Part shown: one piece after another, positions 49,328-61,511 of the stretch
Layout of the letters: every line of letters begins with the position of its first letter
How positions within the stretch are numbered: the first letter of the stretch is position 1
Assembly: GCA_032718475.1 (NCBI GenBank)
Contig: JAUCBJ010000668.1
Span: forward strand, 1-64,000
Source of the DNA: Nemertoderma westbladi
Taxonomy: Eukaryota; Animalia; Xenacoelomorpha
Length of the DNA stretch: 64,000 bases
Direction: 5' to 3'
Program-made: the position numbers and the translations under genes
The notes under the pieces: model-generated
What the model was told of the DNA's origin: nothing
The model's input: only the letters and a program-made list of their open reading frames with translations
The model's database searches: none

Positions 49328-50053
49328 ATGGAAGGTGGCACTGCAGGCGCCGTGGAAGGCGGCACTGCAGACGACGTTGATGGCGGCACGGCAGACGCAC
49401 GCAATTCTTTATCCGATGACTCAGCCGACTCCGACGACACCCAAAGCTCCATTGACGTCGCTATGTGGGATTTCGAGCACTGCGACCCTAAGAAATGTAC
49501 CGGTCGACGGTTGGCCCGTCTGGGACGTCTCAGAGTTCTCAAACTGTCCCATCGATTCCCGGGATTGGTTCTGCGTCCGGACGCCAGGCAATGCGTCTCC
49601 CCGGACGACCTGCCCACCGTACAGACTGCGGGTGTCGCCGTTGTCGACTGCTCGTGGGCGCGGATACAGAAGACCCCGCTAAATAAACTCAAACACTCCC
49701 GAAGAAACAGTCGCTTACTGCCCTACCTCGTGGCGGCCAACCCCGTTAACTACGGGAAACCCTGCCGGTTATCCTGTGTTGAAGCTCTCGCAGCCACTCT
49801 CTACATATCCGGTCGCATATCGGAAGCTACGGACATTCTGGAATCGTTTAAATGGGGAGCTGAGTTTATTCGTTTGAATAAAGAACTCCTGGATGGATAC
49901 GCGGGTTGTCGTACTGCCAGTGACGTTGTGATGTTCCAGAATAACTATTTAGAAAGTTGTAGGGCGGCCGATAATGTTGGGACAGCTGATGATGCTGATC
50001 CATTTGATGTGGATTCCGGACTGGAATGTGGCAATCCTAACCGTCTCAGATAA
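49328..50053 (+). CDS. TSR3: 18S rRNA aminocarboxypropyltransferase, uninterrupted CDS
   Basis: MWDFEHCDPKKCTGRRL, VVDCSW, RLLPYLVAANPVNYGKPCRLSCVEALAA, FKWG; first in-frame ATG at 49328. Confidence 0.96.
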   Translation: MEGGTAGAVEGGTADDVDGGTADARNSLSDDSADSDDTQSSIDVAMWDFEHCDPKKCTGRRLARLGRLRVLKLSHRFPGLVLRPDARQCVSPDDLPTVQTAGVAVVDCSWARIQKTPLNKLKHSRRNSRLLPYLVAANPVNYGKPCRLSCVEALAATLYISGRISEATDILESFKWGAEFIRLNKELLDGYAGCRTASDVVMFQNNYLESCRAADNVGTADDADPFDVDSGLECGNPNRLR

Positions 50054-50859
50054 TACGCAATTGATTAAGAAAATGTATAATTGTTAATTATTAATTAATA
50101 ATACAGATTAGATTGGCTGGATAAGCCTTTTGGTCTTTGTTTTTTCTCTTGCTGTGCAAGCGAATATCCACAATCTCTTTTACACTTTTCCCAGCAGGCA
50201 CCCGAAATACAGACATGCGACACATTATACGGGTGGTGGGATTAGTACATATAATTTCCAGTTGAAATATTTTGCATGAAACTATGTTTTACACTGTTTG
50301 CAACCACATTGTCAGAATATCCAAATACAGCTAAATGCTTTGGTGACATATCCCAAAAGGCATGGTTATCTATCATGCATTTCTGGTGATACCCAAACTG
50401 ACTTATATCGATGTGGAACACAGGTAGCATCTAATAAAACGACGTAAATAAATATATTATACTGCAATATATTGCGGTGGATATGAATGAAAGATGCCTA
50501 ATACGCTGAAGGAATGTGGGTCATTTTCATGCATGAATTTACCAGGTTGAATTTCTTTTAGCTCTGAAATTGCTTGGAAATTGATTTGTCCTGTGGAAAT
50601 TAAAACCTCATAGTTGCGGAGTCTATGCCAATGCCAAAAATAACTTGTAATTGGATATCGTATGTTACAATGAAATCCTCTATGATATTTATAATCATGC
50701 TATGTTTTCTGGATCATGGAACATACAATGTTTTCATGGTATGTGGGGCCAGCTTCAATCTCTCGAAGTTCTTATTCCATCTTAATAGTGAACTAGAGTT
50801 TTGAAATATTCGTGATGCCGACCTAAGCCACCAAACACCAGTCTAACACTCACAAAAAT

Positions 50860-51335
50860 ATAGACCCCTCCATTTCAACCCCATTAAGATCTCCAATATC
50901 TACGTGAAATTATCATAAATGATCTTCATGGAATGATCTGTGTCTGTCGGTCTGTCTGTTTGTCCGATCTTCATGGAATGATCTGTGTCTGTCGGTCTGT
51001 CTGTTTATCCATCAGTTGTCCGTCCGATTATAATAAATCGCACCTGCTAGCTGCTAGCTAAAATTTCCGTTTATGGGGGTTTTTGCTGGGTCAGGGATTT
51101 CATTTCCGATGTCATTTTTTTGTGTTTGGCGGAATCTGGGCTGGACTATTAATAGAGTGTACCAGCCAGGCAGCATATTTACAAACCCCAAACAGTCTCG
51201 GCACTGGCAATGTAATTCAACCTGAATGAAGAACCAATCAGAGGTCAGCAGTTGTGATTGGAACTCAGTGCTGAGACCGTATGGGGTTTGAGAATATACC
51301 ACTTACAAACCCCAGGCGATGCCAGCACGTATTAA
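50860..51335 (+). mobile_element. Degenerate Helitron/Helentron-like element
   Basis: TCTGTCTG microsatellite with local duplication and 3' CCCAGGCGATGCCAG hairpin-like end. Confidence 0.35.
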
Positions 51336-51592
51336 ATGGAAAATAGATACAATAAAAATAAAGAAGTACATTGGGGGATGTATGTGGGCAATGCGCAATT
51401 GGCGTGCCGTGCAGACTGAAACACGAATTGGGAGTGTAGATCAGCTGGAAATATAAAGGGTAAGGTATGATGGTTTTTTATAATAAATTTATTTACTTTT
51501 CATATTGTTCTTAAATTCTATTTAAATTTTTATTAATTACCTTGAACACAGGTATAATAAATATTATCAGGATTGATTTTCTATATAGCCTT

Positions 51593-52559
51593 TAGAGTTG
51601 AAACAGAGACGTGTCACTGATCTCTGGATTCTCCGGGAAATTTTTTGGTCTCTGGATAGGTCTCTGGTTCCCGGGTATTGAAAACACACATTTTACCCAG
51701 AGATCAGTGATTTTAGAAATTATAAATAGTTATTTAAAAATAGATCCTGTAAAACACAAAATGTGAAATGATGATTATTTTTCACAAATTTTTTACAATT
51801 AATAATTTCTTTAATGTTTAACTATTTTTAATACTCCGCTTCAACAAAATTATATATTCACTTCTACACTGTATTTAACTATTCTAACTCTAAATCTGAC
51901 TCAAACTAAATGTACCGATAATCTTATATTTACAGTAATTAATTTAAGATGCGTTTAATTTTAAGTTAAATTAGCACCTAAAGAGGGTTCTTATTTAAGG
52001 ATAAAGGCGCTTAATTTGAGCACCCATAATGTTTAAAAGTGAAAGAAAGGGCTGATCTCCATTCAACTTGTTGTAGGATAGATAATATGAAGACCAAATG
52101 AAGAGAACGAGCGTAACGAGGCTTGTATATGGGGCGAGTAGAGTACCTTACCTGTGCACTGTATTCGTAATTTACGAAGTTTATTTTAAAGTACATTGAA
52201 TGAAATGTATATGATTTGAACAATAATTGTAAAATAAAAGCCTTAAATTAACAAAGTACCGGTACCTATGGCGCAAAACAAAATTATGTAACATATTATT
52301 AATTAAAAATAACAAAATAAGAACGAATTAATAAACAAATAACCAAATTAATATTAATTAAGCCCCCCAAACTGTACGTGCGCTTATTTCCTTCCAATGG
52401 GTAAGGGTTGACATGGGTTGGTGTGATAAATCAAAATGTAAGTTGCACAAAAATATGCACAGTCTCTGATCTCTGATCTCCGGTATTTTTCCAAATAATT
52501 CTCTGGGTAGCTCTCTGGTTCATCGGGATTAAGAAAAACAGGTCTCTGTTGCAACTCTA
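51593..52559. mobile_element. Non-autonomous TIR element (hAT-like TAG termini)
   Basis: TAGAGTTGAAACAGAGAC / GTCTCTGTTGCAACTCTA; subterminal TCTCTGG repeats; TSD imperfect. Confidence 0.6.
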
Positions 52560-53827
52560 AGCCTACATTTTTGACACTTTGCGACAGGGTCATTGTTAGA
52601 TCGTATAGTATGATGGAATTTCGCCAGAACATTTACTATTTACACTAAAGCAAAAATCGGTTGGAAATGCAGAATAGACGCATTGAGATCATATATTATA
52701 TTTGAATTTTATTTGAATTATATTTGAGCGCTTGAAATATGGCCTTTGTTTATAATTTATTTCAACATATAAAATATTGTTTGTTCTCCCAGGCGCGCGT
52801 TCAAATTGTGTATGTTTTTATGTTTGTTTGTTCCTCTATATATATCTAAACTACTGGCTCTCGCAATATAGGGAAAGTACCGACATGCAGTGAATATTTT
52901 CGGTACTTTTAGTAGTTGTTCGGTATTTATTGCAATTTGATTAGAGTCTTTGCTTCTGAGAGACTGAAAATTAATTAATGTTGGTTAAACACATCATCAC
53001 CAACTGCAGCTTGACAATCCAAACTAAATTTGTGAGCATCTACATTAGTATCTTATTAATAGATACTACCGTAGACTAGCACAGTAATAATAACTAAAAT
53101 AAAAAATAAAATAAAATAAAAGTAACTAGTACAGTAATAATTGTCTGTAGGCTACTTGAATATTAAAAGTGTGTGGGACCGGTAAACCGTACTTAATGAA
53201 GTAAATCTGCGATACTCAAATACTGCAATAGGCTGAGTGCTTACATAACGGTCAGGCAATCTGCCGAGTTTGTAATTGCAAACAGCAATTGTAATTGTAA
53301 TTAATATTCCCCTTTATGAATTTAATTAATTGTAGTGTCAAGACCCGCAAGACTTTCTGCTTTCAATTGATATAAGCCACGTGTGAAATGATCGAGATTA
53401 AATGTGTATTTGAATGGATCTAAAATCACCCTCCATATAAAACAAGATTCAATAAATTATCATAGATCACTGCGCGTAATGACGTCAAATCTGTAGCATC
53501 CAATCACGGCCGAATTTCAAAATTGGCTTTCCACGCTTACTTAAACCCGCCATGTCGACCGTTTCCACGTGTTTTTACAAAAACTCACCCCGCCACTCGA
53601 TTCAGAGCACCTTGTTACCCATTATTCAATTTTTTTCGCGCACCAACCCTATTGGAAGTGATGATTATTACTACGTTTAGTAAAGTGAAATCCAATAATC
53701 CTATTTGACAATATTTTACTGCAGAAAGGCCCTATATCTCTCTGTATCTTTTATACGCTCTCTAACAATAATTGAAAATTTTGACTTATGGCATTATGAC
53801 ACTTAAGCTACGGAGAAAAGACCAGTT

Positions 53828-54356
53828 GGGGCGAGCCACGAAGTGAGCGAAGCTTTAGCATAGGGGTACCATTATTTCGTTGTCGTCGTCGTCTAATAAC
53901 TCAGTGATTAGTTTAGTATAACATTTATTTTATTAAACATCGAAGTTCACCCAATTGGGCAACAAGCATAATGCTTATAACTAGTCCGTCAAAAGCTTAG
54001 AAAGAAATCTGTTTGGTTTGGTCAAAATTCCAGTATCAGCAGGTAGTAGTACCAGTAGTTTCATACTTTTGATAAAAACAGAAATAAGTCGGTCAATCGT
54101 TGATGAAATTAAACCAAACTTGGTATATTTGGTCCGTCAAAGGTTTAGAAAGAATCTGAAGTTTGCTCAAAAATCAAACAGTCTGTTTGTCAGTACCGGT
54201 AGTTTCAGACTTTTGATAACAACAGACATAAGTCGGCCAATCATTGCTGAACTTAAACCAAACTTAGTACGTATGCAGTCCGTCAAAAGTTTAGAAAGAA
54301 TATGAAGTTCATGAGAATCTGGAGCTGCGCGAAGGCCCCACAAACGTGTATAATTG
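53828..54356 (+). mobile_element. Second HINE/DINE-like copy with internal tandem core repeats
   Basis: Same ends as 41394-42320; GTCCGTCAAAAGTTTAGAAAGAA-like core repeated about 3 times. Confidence 0.55.
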
Positions 54357-54795
54357 AAATGCATGTAATACAAACAACACTTTTTAATCCTCCAAAAATT
54401 GGATGTGTCTCGCTCCATTCAATCTAATCCATCAGCCCAATTCTAATCATCATTCATTTTTTAAACAAAATGTGAAGTTCTGCATTAATTATGCATTAGA
54501 CAAACCATATGAAGAATATACTTTTAGTTTTGTGTCTGATATATTTATCTAAGGTTAATACCTGGAATCGGTCACACATATGGATCGTTCAGGACTCCAG
54601 TCTAACCAAAACAATATCGAAGACTTCATCCACTGGAGGGAGCTCAGATGGGTGAAATTTTATTGTCTAAAAAATAATTTATATACTGCAATAAAAATCG
54701 GATAAATAAATGGAGTGTTGGCTGATGGATTCCATGTTTTGTGAAAATTTGTGGTCTACTGGAGATGGTGGTGGCTTTGGAGGGACATGATTAGG

Positions 54796-54984
54796 AATGG
54801 GGGGAAATTATCCATCAGGGGAAATGAGCAGGTTACAGTGGCACGTTATTTTAACCAAAACAATAAACTAAACGCAATAAAACAGGTTACAGTTTTATTT
54901 TTTAGAGTAATCAGCTGTTATTTGCGTCGATTTTCCCCTGTAGAGGGATGAATTTTTATTGCGTCGAAAGCCCACGCCTATCTG
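54796..54984 (+). mobile_element. MITE family A copy
   Basis: GAGCAGGTTACAGTGGCACGTTATTTTAACCAAAACAATAAAC...GAGGGATGAATTTTTATTGCGTC. Confidence 0.78.
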
Positions 54985-56285
54985 CAACTTCAGTAAAAAA
55001 ATAGTGTTGGTACTAAGGTATTTATTTTGTATTATTATATTGAAAAAATTAAAAATCCCCGTCCCGACCAAATCCCTGGTAGATCCCAAGTCAACCCTAC
55101 TTAAAATAAAAACTATTATGTTCTATTAATTTCCATTTCGGTTCGTCGATGATGTTCTAATAATGTGAAACACAAAATACTAAATGCTAACATGGTTTGG
55201 GATGGATATAATAACATTGTGAAGGATGACAATTCTAGAGCACATAAGATACCGCATGCGAAAGTATACAGCGATAATTACAAGAAAAATACAAAATAAT
55301 AATATTATAAAGCACGTAGTAAGTAGAGGTAATTCTATGATCGAGTTTAAATTATATCTTCCAAATAAAAATATGAAATTATAGAGAACGTAATTAATTA
55401 AAATTAATGACACCAAATTTAATACGGAGCCTAAAAGGAACAAAGAAAATACAAAGTTATATAAAAAGTTAATTTGTTTTTGGGTCACAACCTTAAATAA
55501 ATTTATAATATTGAAATAGTATTTTATTTAAATGTTCGTTTTCTTGAAATGATATATTTATCGGCAGATATAGCTGCATAAGTACCAAAATTAGTATATT
55601 ATTCTCTCCGTATGAATTCATGCAGGCCATGAAATCAACCCTTTCAGATATAAATATAAATTTGCATCACTTATTTATTATGTAATTCTTAACCTTTTAC
55701 TTCAAAGGTCACGAGCATTTAAAGTTCCATAACCCTACGTGACTGACTATCGCTTATGATTGTATCACCGAGACACTATTAAATGGGATTGTAATTTACC
55801 AAATATATTCAATGATTTGTTTATTATCACCCTTAATTTAATGTTGGCTTAATCAATATTAATATTTAAATTTAAGGCAAAATCAAACGAAATCATTAAA
55901 TTCAGCTCACTTTTATTTTACATTTAACTTGTACTTATTTAATTAATGATCAAACCATTTTTATAGTATCCTTTAGCTCTGTGAGACAATCACATAGTTG
56001 GGCGTGGCGGAATTATCAAGTAATGCTAATAAAAACAATCTGTAAGGGTGGATTACAAAATCTAAAATTTCTGCATGATTTCAAGAGGAAGTATAATTAC
56101 TCTTTCGTAAGTTAAACACAATTGTTCGCGTTGTTTTATACCGGCACAACTCGAAATGGAAGAAAATAAGCCAAATTCTGATTAGCGAAAACCTGTTGTA
56201 TGAACCAAAATAGATAGAAAGGTAAACGAATCGCAAAATGTTCTTAGTCCCTTTTGTGGCTCAGTAATATAATTTAACACACTGG

Positions 56286-59200
56286 TTACAACTTTGTTTC
56301 CTCGACTGGGCCCCGCTCCCGCTCCTGTAGTTGGGTGAACTCGACGGCGACGGACGGCGGTAAACGACCGGACTTCAACGCGGCGCGGCACTCCGAGTTG
56401 AGTCGGTGGATCAAGCGGTTCACCTCGTCCCGATGCCGATCCCCGGTGAGTCGCCGCGCCTCGTGCGCGTCCTTCAGCGCGCCAACCAGATCCTTCATGG
56501 CGTACCGGGCGCGGGATCTCGTGTAGAACGAGTCGCTATGCGCGGGTTTCAGCGCTAAAGCGCGACTAGCGTACTCAACCGCAGAATGGTACTCCTCCAA
56601 CTTACGCTTACACCGCGATATATTCAGATACAATGTCACCTTCATATCGCGAAACGTACGGAGATTGTCGCCGAATTTATCACGAGGGAACTTCTTGAGT
56701 GCGTATTGGAACCGGTGGATGGCGTCCTTTATGGTCCCGCGGTGGTACAGCGTGTCCCCGTCGTCTATCACTCTCCGCAGTAGCACCAAGGTAACCTCCG
56801 GCTTATTGAGGGCGATCGACCAGCACTGCGAGTTCGGCGCGGCGCCTCTACGCAATAACTCCTGCACCACGTTGGCCTTGTTGCAACTGATGGCTCGCTC
56901 CAACGGCCGGTTCCCCGCTCGGTCCTGGTGATCCAGATCGGCGCCCACCTCGATGAGGAACTCCACGATCGCGGAATCCCCGTAATAGATCGCCAGATCG
57001 AGCGGCGTCCGGCCTCCGTTATCAGTGGCGTTCACGGAGAGTCCCGCCTCTATGAGCTCCCGTATAACGGCGGCGTGGCCCTTCAGACAGGCCCATAACA
57101 ACGCGTTGAGACCCTCGGTATCCACTATATCACGACCCGCTCCTTTACCAATGAGACTCTGCACCGTAGCTAGACGACCCTCCTTAGCGGCCACCATGAG
57201 GGCGGTCAACCCGTGTTTATCCTGTACGTCCAATGAAACCCCGGCCTCAGAGAGCGCGTGGACGCAGCCTAGATGAGCGTACTTGGCGGCTATTATAAGC
57301 GGCGGGAGTCCCTTAGCGTTGGGTCGGTTGGGGTCGGCTCCGGCAGCGATCAGCTGTCTGCACGCGTCGTCGTGCCCCGCTGCGCACGCCGCAGTGAGCG
57401 CGGTATCCCCGCTCGCGGCGTCCCTCCCATTTATCGACGTGAGTTTGTCGCCGTTATCGTCGGTTACATTCACGAGGTACTGCAGGAGTCTGTTGCGACC
57501 GTTCGCTGCCGCGGATGTAAGGCACTGCTGCAGCACGTGGTTAACAGACCCGGCGAACTGTAGAAGGAAGCTGACTGACTCTATAAGTCCCGCCGCACTC
57601 CCGTAGACCATGGCGGACTGCCCCTCGCTGTCTGCGAGCAGTAAATCCGCACCCGCGTTCAATAGAACCTTCATACCCTGGATACAACCGCGGCGGGCGC
57701 ACAAACACAACGCAGTGGCCCCTCGCGCGTCAGTCGCATCGCACGCCACCCCCTTAGCGACCAGCAGACCAATCAGCTCGGTGTAACCAAGGTCGGCGAC
57801 CGCGCACAGTAACGGACGTCCGGTCTGCTCGGACACCCGTCCGTCCGGATCCGCCCCCGCATCCAGGAGCAGCTGCCACGCCCGGACTGACGGTTGGTAC
57901 AGGTTCCTCGGGCTAACCAGCGCCTCGGTGAGACGGTAACCCGACCACGTCAGCCAATCAGCGACATTCACATCCTCCAAACGCAGTAGATGGTCGACCA
58001 ATCGGAGACAGCCGACCTCAGGTTGCCGGGCAACCAGTCTACTGTAGTAGAAGGCCCATCGCGCGTGTCCATCCAGCGGGTCGCAGATGAACTGCCGCGA
58101 TTGGGACGGCTGTTTTAGCACCAACCAATCACAAAGCGAGCTGTGTAGGAAGACTATCTTGTCATTGTGTTGAGAAACGAAGATACTGAGGGAGTTGAGA
58201 TATTCATTAAATTCCTCGAGTTGCATAAACTCGTCGACACTCCTACTGTTAACAACATTAAACAGTTCGAGTTTATCGACAACGTGATCCGCTACTAGGA
58301 GAACGTTTAGTAGAGATTTAACTCGATCGTAACGATTCGAGTACGGGAACTTGTTGTTGCAATGGAAGTTGAGCACCTGGTTGAGACTGTCTGGGAGGGC
58401 GTTGTAAGTCGAACTCTTTAGCACCAAGACGCCCTGATCGATGAGGTTGAGGCAGAACTTGAGGTAGAGAAAGGAACCCCTAGAGTTGTTCACGAGGAGT
58501 TGGGAGAGTCTACTCAACGCGGTACAATCGAACTTCCCGCTGACACACTGGTTGATGTTGTCGACGAGGGGACCTTTAAGTCGATAACCGACGTATTCGA
58601 TAAGGTCCCGGTTGATATGGCAACCGGTCGGCGTATTAACCGCGGCGTCCAGGGATATCCGCGTGTAGGGCAACTGCTTCAGGAGGTTCACACGCGCGGT
58701 ATCCACGGTAACGATAAACTTTAACCAATGGGGGACCTTCATGGCGACGTCGACGAGCAACGAGAGTATCGATTCCCCGTAATCTCCCGAGAACTCCTCG
58801 GATACCCCGACGTTGTCGACGATGATGACGCCGAAGTCGGCGGTAAACTCCCCGCAGTCCCGGAGCCTCTTCAACGGCTCCACGATTCCCTTCATAAATG
58901 AGCCAATAGGATCGGTGGAACAGGCCGGACGACTCAACGCCTCAACCAATCCGGGGTCGGCGAACACCATCTCCTTGTAACCGGTCACGTGACCACAATG
59001 GTCCAATAGGAGACTCGCCAGACTGTTTACAAAGAGACCGACATCTGTTGTCTCACGTTGCCTAGATACGCAGTAATGGTAGCCAATGATGCGGTTCCCC
59101 AAACGGTCACCAGACCCGCGGTCCTCTATGGAGGAGGTACTGTCCCCGGATATGCGTTGCTTAGCAACCGGGACAGGCGTGGTCACCTGGTAACGCTTCC

Positions 59201-61511
59201 GTTTCTCCCACGAGTGGTGCGTCGGCTCCACGGTGGGGCAATGTTTACTCAACGCCTCCTCGCTGTGGCTAATAGCAACCAAACAGTTGGGTTTACTTTT
59301 ACTCGAGATCGAGTTATCCGAGGTCGACATCGGAAGGCGTTTCCTTGACGACTCGTACCGCGGCGACTCCCCGAAGATCCCGGGAGTTTCTCCCAACGAG
59401 GAGGAGGAGCTGTACTCGCTCGGTTTATCGCTGGAGACACCGGATTCGAGATAGTAGGAGCTCGGCAACCGCAACGGTTGCTTCCGGTCGAGGTCGCTCC
59501 TAGCGACCAACTCGGCGCAGAAGGATGTCTTCCCGGTCCCGGGGTTCCCCAGCAACACGACCCCTCGACTCGGCGCACCGCAACCAGTCTCAAACAACCG
59601 CTCCATCTCGCTAAACAACCAATCCCTGCCCATAAATATAGAGTCTGCCTCGAGTAAGGGATTATCGAAGTTCAGCACCGACGCGTCCACCGTTACCGAA
59701 CCGTTACACTCCGCTGGAACACCGGCAACCCACTGACTCCCCTTCCCACACACAACTCCTCCCCACAGCTCCCTGTCTCCTTCAAGGTCCCCCGTCTCCT
59801 CAACAAGTTGTTCCTCTGGAGTCGCATTTAGTTGAGCTTTTTTCCCCAGTTTGCCCCCTACCTTCCCCCCATCCCCACTCTCCTTGCCCCCTACCTTACC
59901 CCCGTCCCCACTCTCCCACACATTTCTCCCATCCCCCCAGACATTCACCCCGTCCCCCCACGCATTCCCCCCTCCTGATTCCCCCTGTTTATGGAAGTTC
60001 CGCGGCAATGTGCTGGACACCTTAGCAAACCTCCCTCGTCCATTCGACTGAGACTTTACCGGACTTCGGTTCTTCATGTGCTCCAGTCTGAGTCGCTCAA
60101 TCTGCTCTTTGGAGAGGATCACCTTAGTCTGGGGTTTCTGTGGCACATCACTGGAGGCTCGTGGTCTGCTGGGAGCATTAACACTGTGGGTAGACTGCAA
60201 ATTGGAGAGTGAGGAGGTGGTGGACAGGGAGGTGGACAGTTGCACCGGAGTGGTCTGTCGTGACGTGCCGTGTCTGGAAGAGGGCCGGGTTGAACGGTGT
60301 AGTAACGGGGAGCTCTCCTGTCCCTCGGCGGGTTGCCGTGGGGACAATTCGCGAGCCGAGAGCTCCGCCGAGGTGGGGGGCTGGAGGGGGTCGGATGGGG
60401 GGTTCCTGGGTATATTGATCGCGGTTCTAGGGACGTGGTATATAACGCCACTCCCCGCGGGTTGGAACGTAGTCGGGCCCTGAGTTTCCTCCCCGATAAC
60501 CTCCCGTTTAACCCCCGTCGGCTCCTGGATCGGAGTGCTGCAGCGCCGTGGGTGTGGTGGCACAGGGTGGCGAGGGCGGCTTGACTGCGGGGCCGCGTCC
60601 GGGGTGTGACAGCGGCGGAGATTGGGCGCCGCTAGCGGCGGGCGGTGGGGCGGCAGGGCGTGGGGGTAGGGCGCGAACGGGATGGAATGTATGGCGTAGG
60701 GTTGGGCGGGTAGGCGGGGCTGGGGGGCAGCTGAGGGGGGCGTAGGTGCGCCGTGCCGGGGTGGCGCAGTGGCCCTGGGCGGGGCCGCGCCGCCCACCTG
60801 AGTGGCGCCGTGGTACGACGGAGTCGGAGGCCGCAGTCCGCTGTCTTCCGACGCCTCGCGTTGATGGACGACCGTCGGACATTCGAACAAAGCGGAGTCC
60901 GACGACTCCCGAGAATGAATCGGCTCCGGGTACGATAGATACCGCCGGATCGCTGTCGGACTGTCAGTCTGTCCGTCGGAGAGTTGGGCTCCGGGTAGGT
61001 TAAGCGACTCGGTGGTGGACAGCGGACGAGTTTTATAGAACTTCCTTAGGTCGACGGCTACGTAGTTGCCCGGAGGTCTCCTGAACCCAGCGTCCGGGGC
61101 GGGGGCAGACCTGCGGGTCACGTGATCGCGACGCAGCAGGGGATTGGTCAGCGGCAATGGGTTGATCAGAGTCCGACTGGTCTGGCACTGCTGACTGCAG
61201 GTGGACCCGGGCTGCTCAGCCAGGGAGTTGTCGTCCGATGACTCACTGGATTCGTCCGATGCGGCCAAATCATTGGACGTTGCTTGGATACCGGTATAAT
61301 AGGGCTCTTCTGTCTGGGGAGGGAAGCCGTGCATAGAAACCCCGTCTCCGCACTGCACTGAGGTATTGCAATGAGTTGGTTGGCCGGGGAAACAGTTCTG
61401 CGACTCCCCCAATAGGTACTGTAGATGGGATATTAACGCAGAGGCCGCCTGGTCTGGAGTGGGAGGGGGTGGGAGTTCTTCTGTTGGATCAACATTGCAA
61501 TGAGCGTTCAT
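56286..61511 (-). CDS. TANC: TANC1/TANC2 (rolling pebbles) family scaffold, 1741 aa, uninterrupted CDS
   Basis: FMGRDWLF and P-loop GNPGTGKT, VLKSSTY..LP.SL, ankyrin repeats (GDTALTAAC, GLTALMVAA, GRTPLDLA), TPRs (RFQYALKKFP, YLNISRCKRK), C-terminal PDZ-type ETKL. Confidence 0.95.
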   Translation of the reverse strand: MNAHCNVDPTEELPPPPTPDQAASALISHLQYLLGESQNCFPGQPTHCNTSVQCGDGVSMHGFPPQTEEPYYTGIQATSNDLAASDESSESSDDNSLAEQPGSTCSQQCQTSRTLINPLPLTNPLLRRDHVTRRSAPAPDAGFRRPPGNYVAVDLRKFYKTRPLSTTESLNLPGAQLSDGQTDSPTAIRRYLSYPEPIHSRESSDSALFECPTVVHQREASEDSGLRPPTPSYHGATQVGGAAPPRATAPPRHGAPTPPSAAPQPRLPAQPYAIHSIPFAPYPHALPPHRPPLAAPNLRRCHTPDAAPQSSRPRHPVPPHPRRCSTPIQEPTGVKREVIGEETQGPTTFQPAGSGVIYHVPRTAINIPRNPPSDPLQPPTSAELSARELSPRQPAEGQESSPLLHRSTRPSSRHGTSRQTTPVQLSTSLSTTSSLSNLQSTHSVNAPSRPRASSDVPQKPQTKVILSKEQIERLRLEHMKNRSPVKSQSNGRGRFAKVSSTLPRNFHKQGESGGGNAWGDGVNVWGDGRNVWESGDGGKVGGKESGDGGKVGGKLGKKAQLNATPEEQLVEETGDLEGDRELWGGVVCGKGSQWVAGVPAECNGSVTVDASVLNFDNPLLEADSIFMGRDWLFSEMERLFETGCGAPSRGVVLLGNPGTGKTSFCAELVARSDLDRKQPLRLPSSYYLESGVSSDKPSEYSSSSSLGETPGIFGESPRYESSRKRLPMSTSDNSISSKSKPNCLVAISHSEEALSKHCPTVEPTHHSWEKRKRYQVTTPVPVAKQRISGDSTSSIEDRGSGDRLGNRIIGYHYCVSRQRETTDVGLFVNSLASLLLDHCGHVTGYKEMVFADPGLVEALSRPACSTDPIGSFMKGIVEPLKRLRDCGEFTADFGVIIVDNVGVSEEFSGDYGESILSLLVDVAMKVPHWLKFIVTVDTARVNLLKQLPYTRISLDAAVNTPTGCHINRDLIEYVGYRLKGPLVDNINQCVSGKFDCTALSRLSQLLVNNSRGSFLYLKFCLNLIDQGVLVLKSSTYNALPDSLNQVLNFHCNNKFPYSNRYDRVKSLLNVLLVADHVVDKLELFNVVNSRSVDEFMQLEEFNEYLNSLSIFVSQHNDKIVFLHSSLCDWLVLKQPSQSRQFICDPLDGHARWAFYYSRLVARQPEVGCLRLVDHLLRLEDVNVADWLTWSGYRLTEALVSPRNLYQPSVRAWQLLLDAGADPDGRVSEQTGRPLLCAVADLGYTELIGLLVAKGVACDATDARGATALCLCARRGCIQGMKVLLNAGADLLLADSEGQSAMVYGSAAGLIESVSFLLQFAGSVNHVLQQCLTSAAANGRNRLLQYLVNVTDDNGDKLTSINGRDAASGDTALTAACAAGHDDACRQLIAAGADPNRPNAKGLPPLIIAAKYAHLGCVHALSEAGVSLDVQDKHGLTALMVAAKEGRLATVQSLIGKGAGRDIVDTEGLNALLWACLKGHAAVIRELIEAGLSVNATDNGGRTPLDLAIYYGDSAIVEFLIEVGADLDHQDRAGNRPLERAISCNKANVVQELLRRGAAPNSQCWSIALNKPEVTLVLLRRVIDDGDTLYHRGTIKDAIHRFQYALKKFPRDKFGDNLRTFRDMKVTLYLNISRCKRKLEEYHSAVEYASRALALKPAHSDSFYTRSRARYAMKDLVGALKDAHEARRLTGDRHRDEVNRLIHRLNSECRAALKSGRLPPSVAVEFTQLQERERGPVEETKL

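Noticed and set aside
53470-53510. TGACGTCA plus CCAAT as a promoter
   Set aside because: No adjacent gene start; lies in repeat-like sequence
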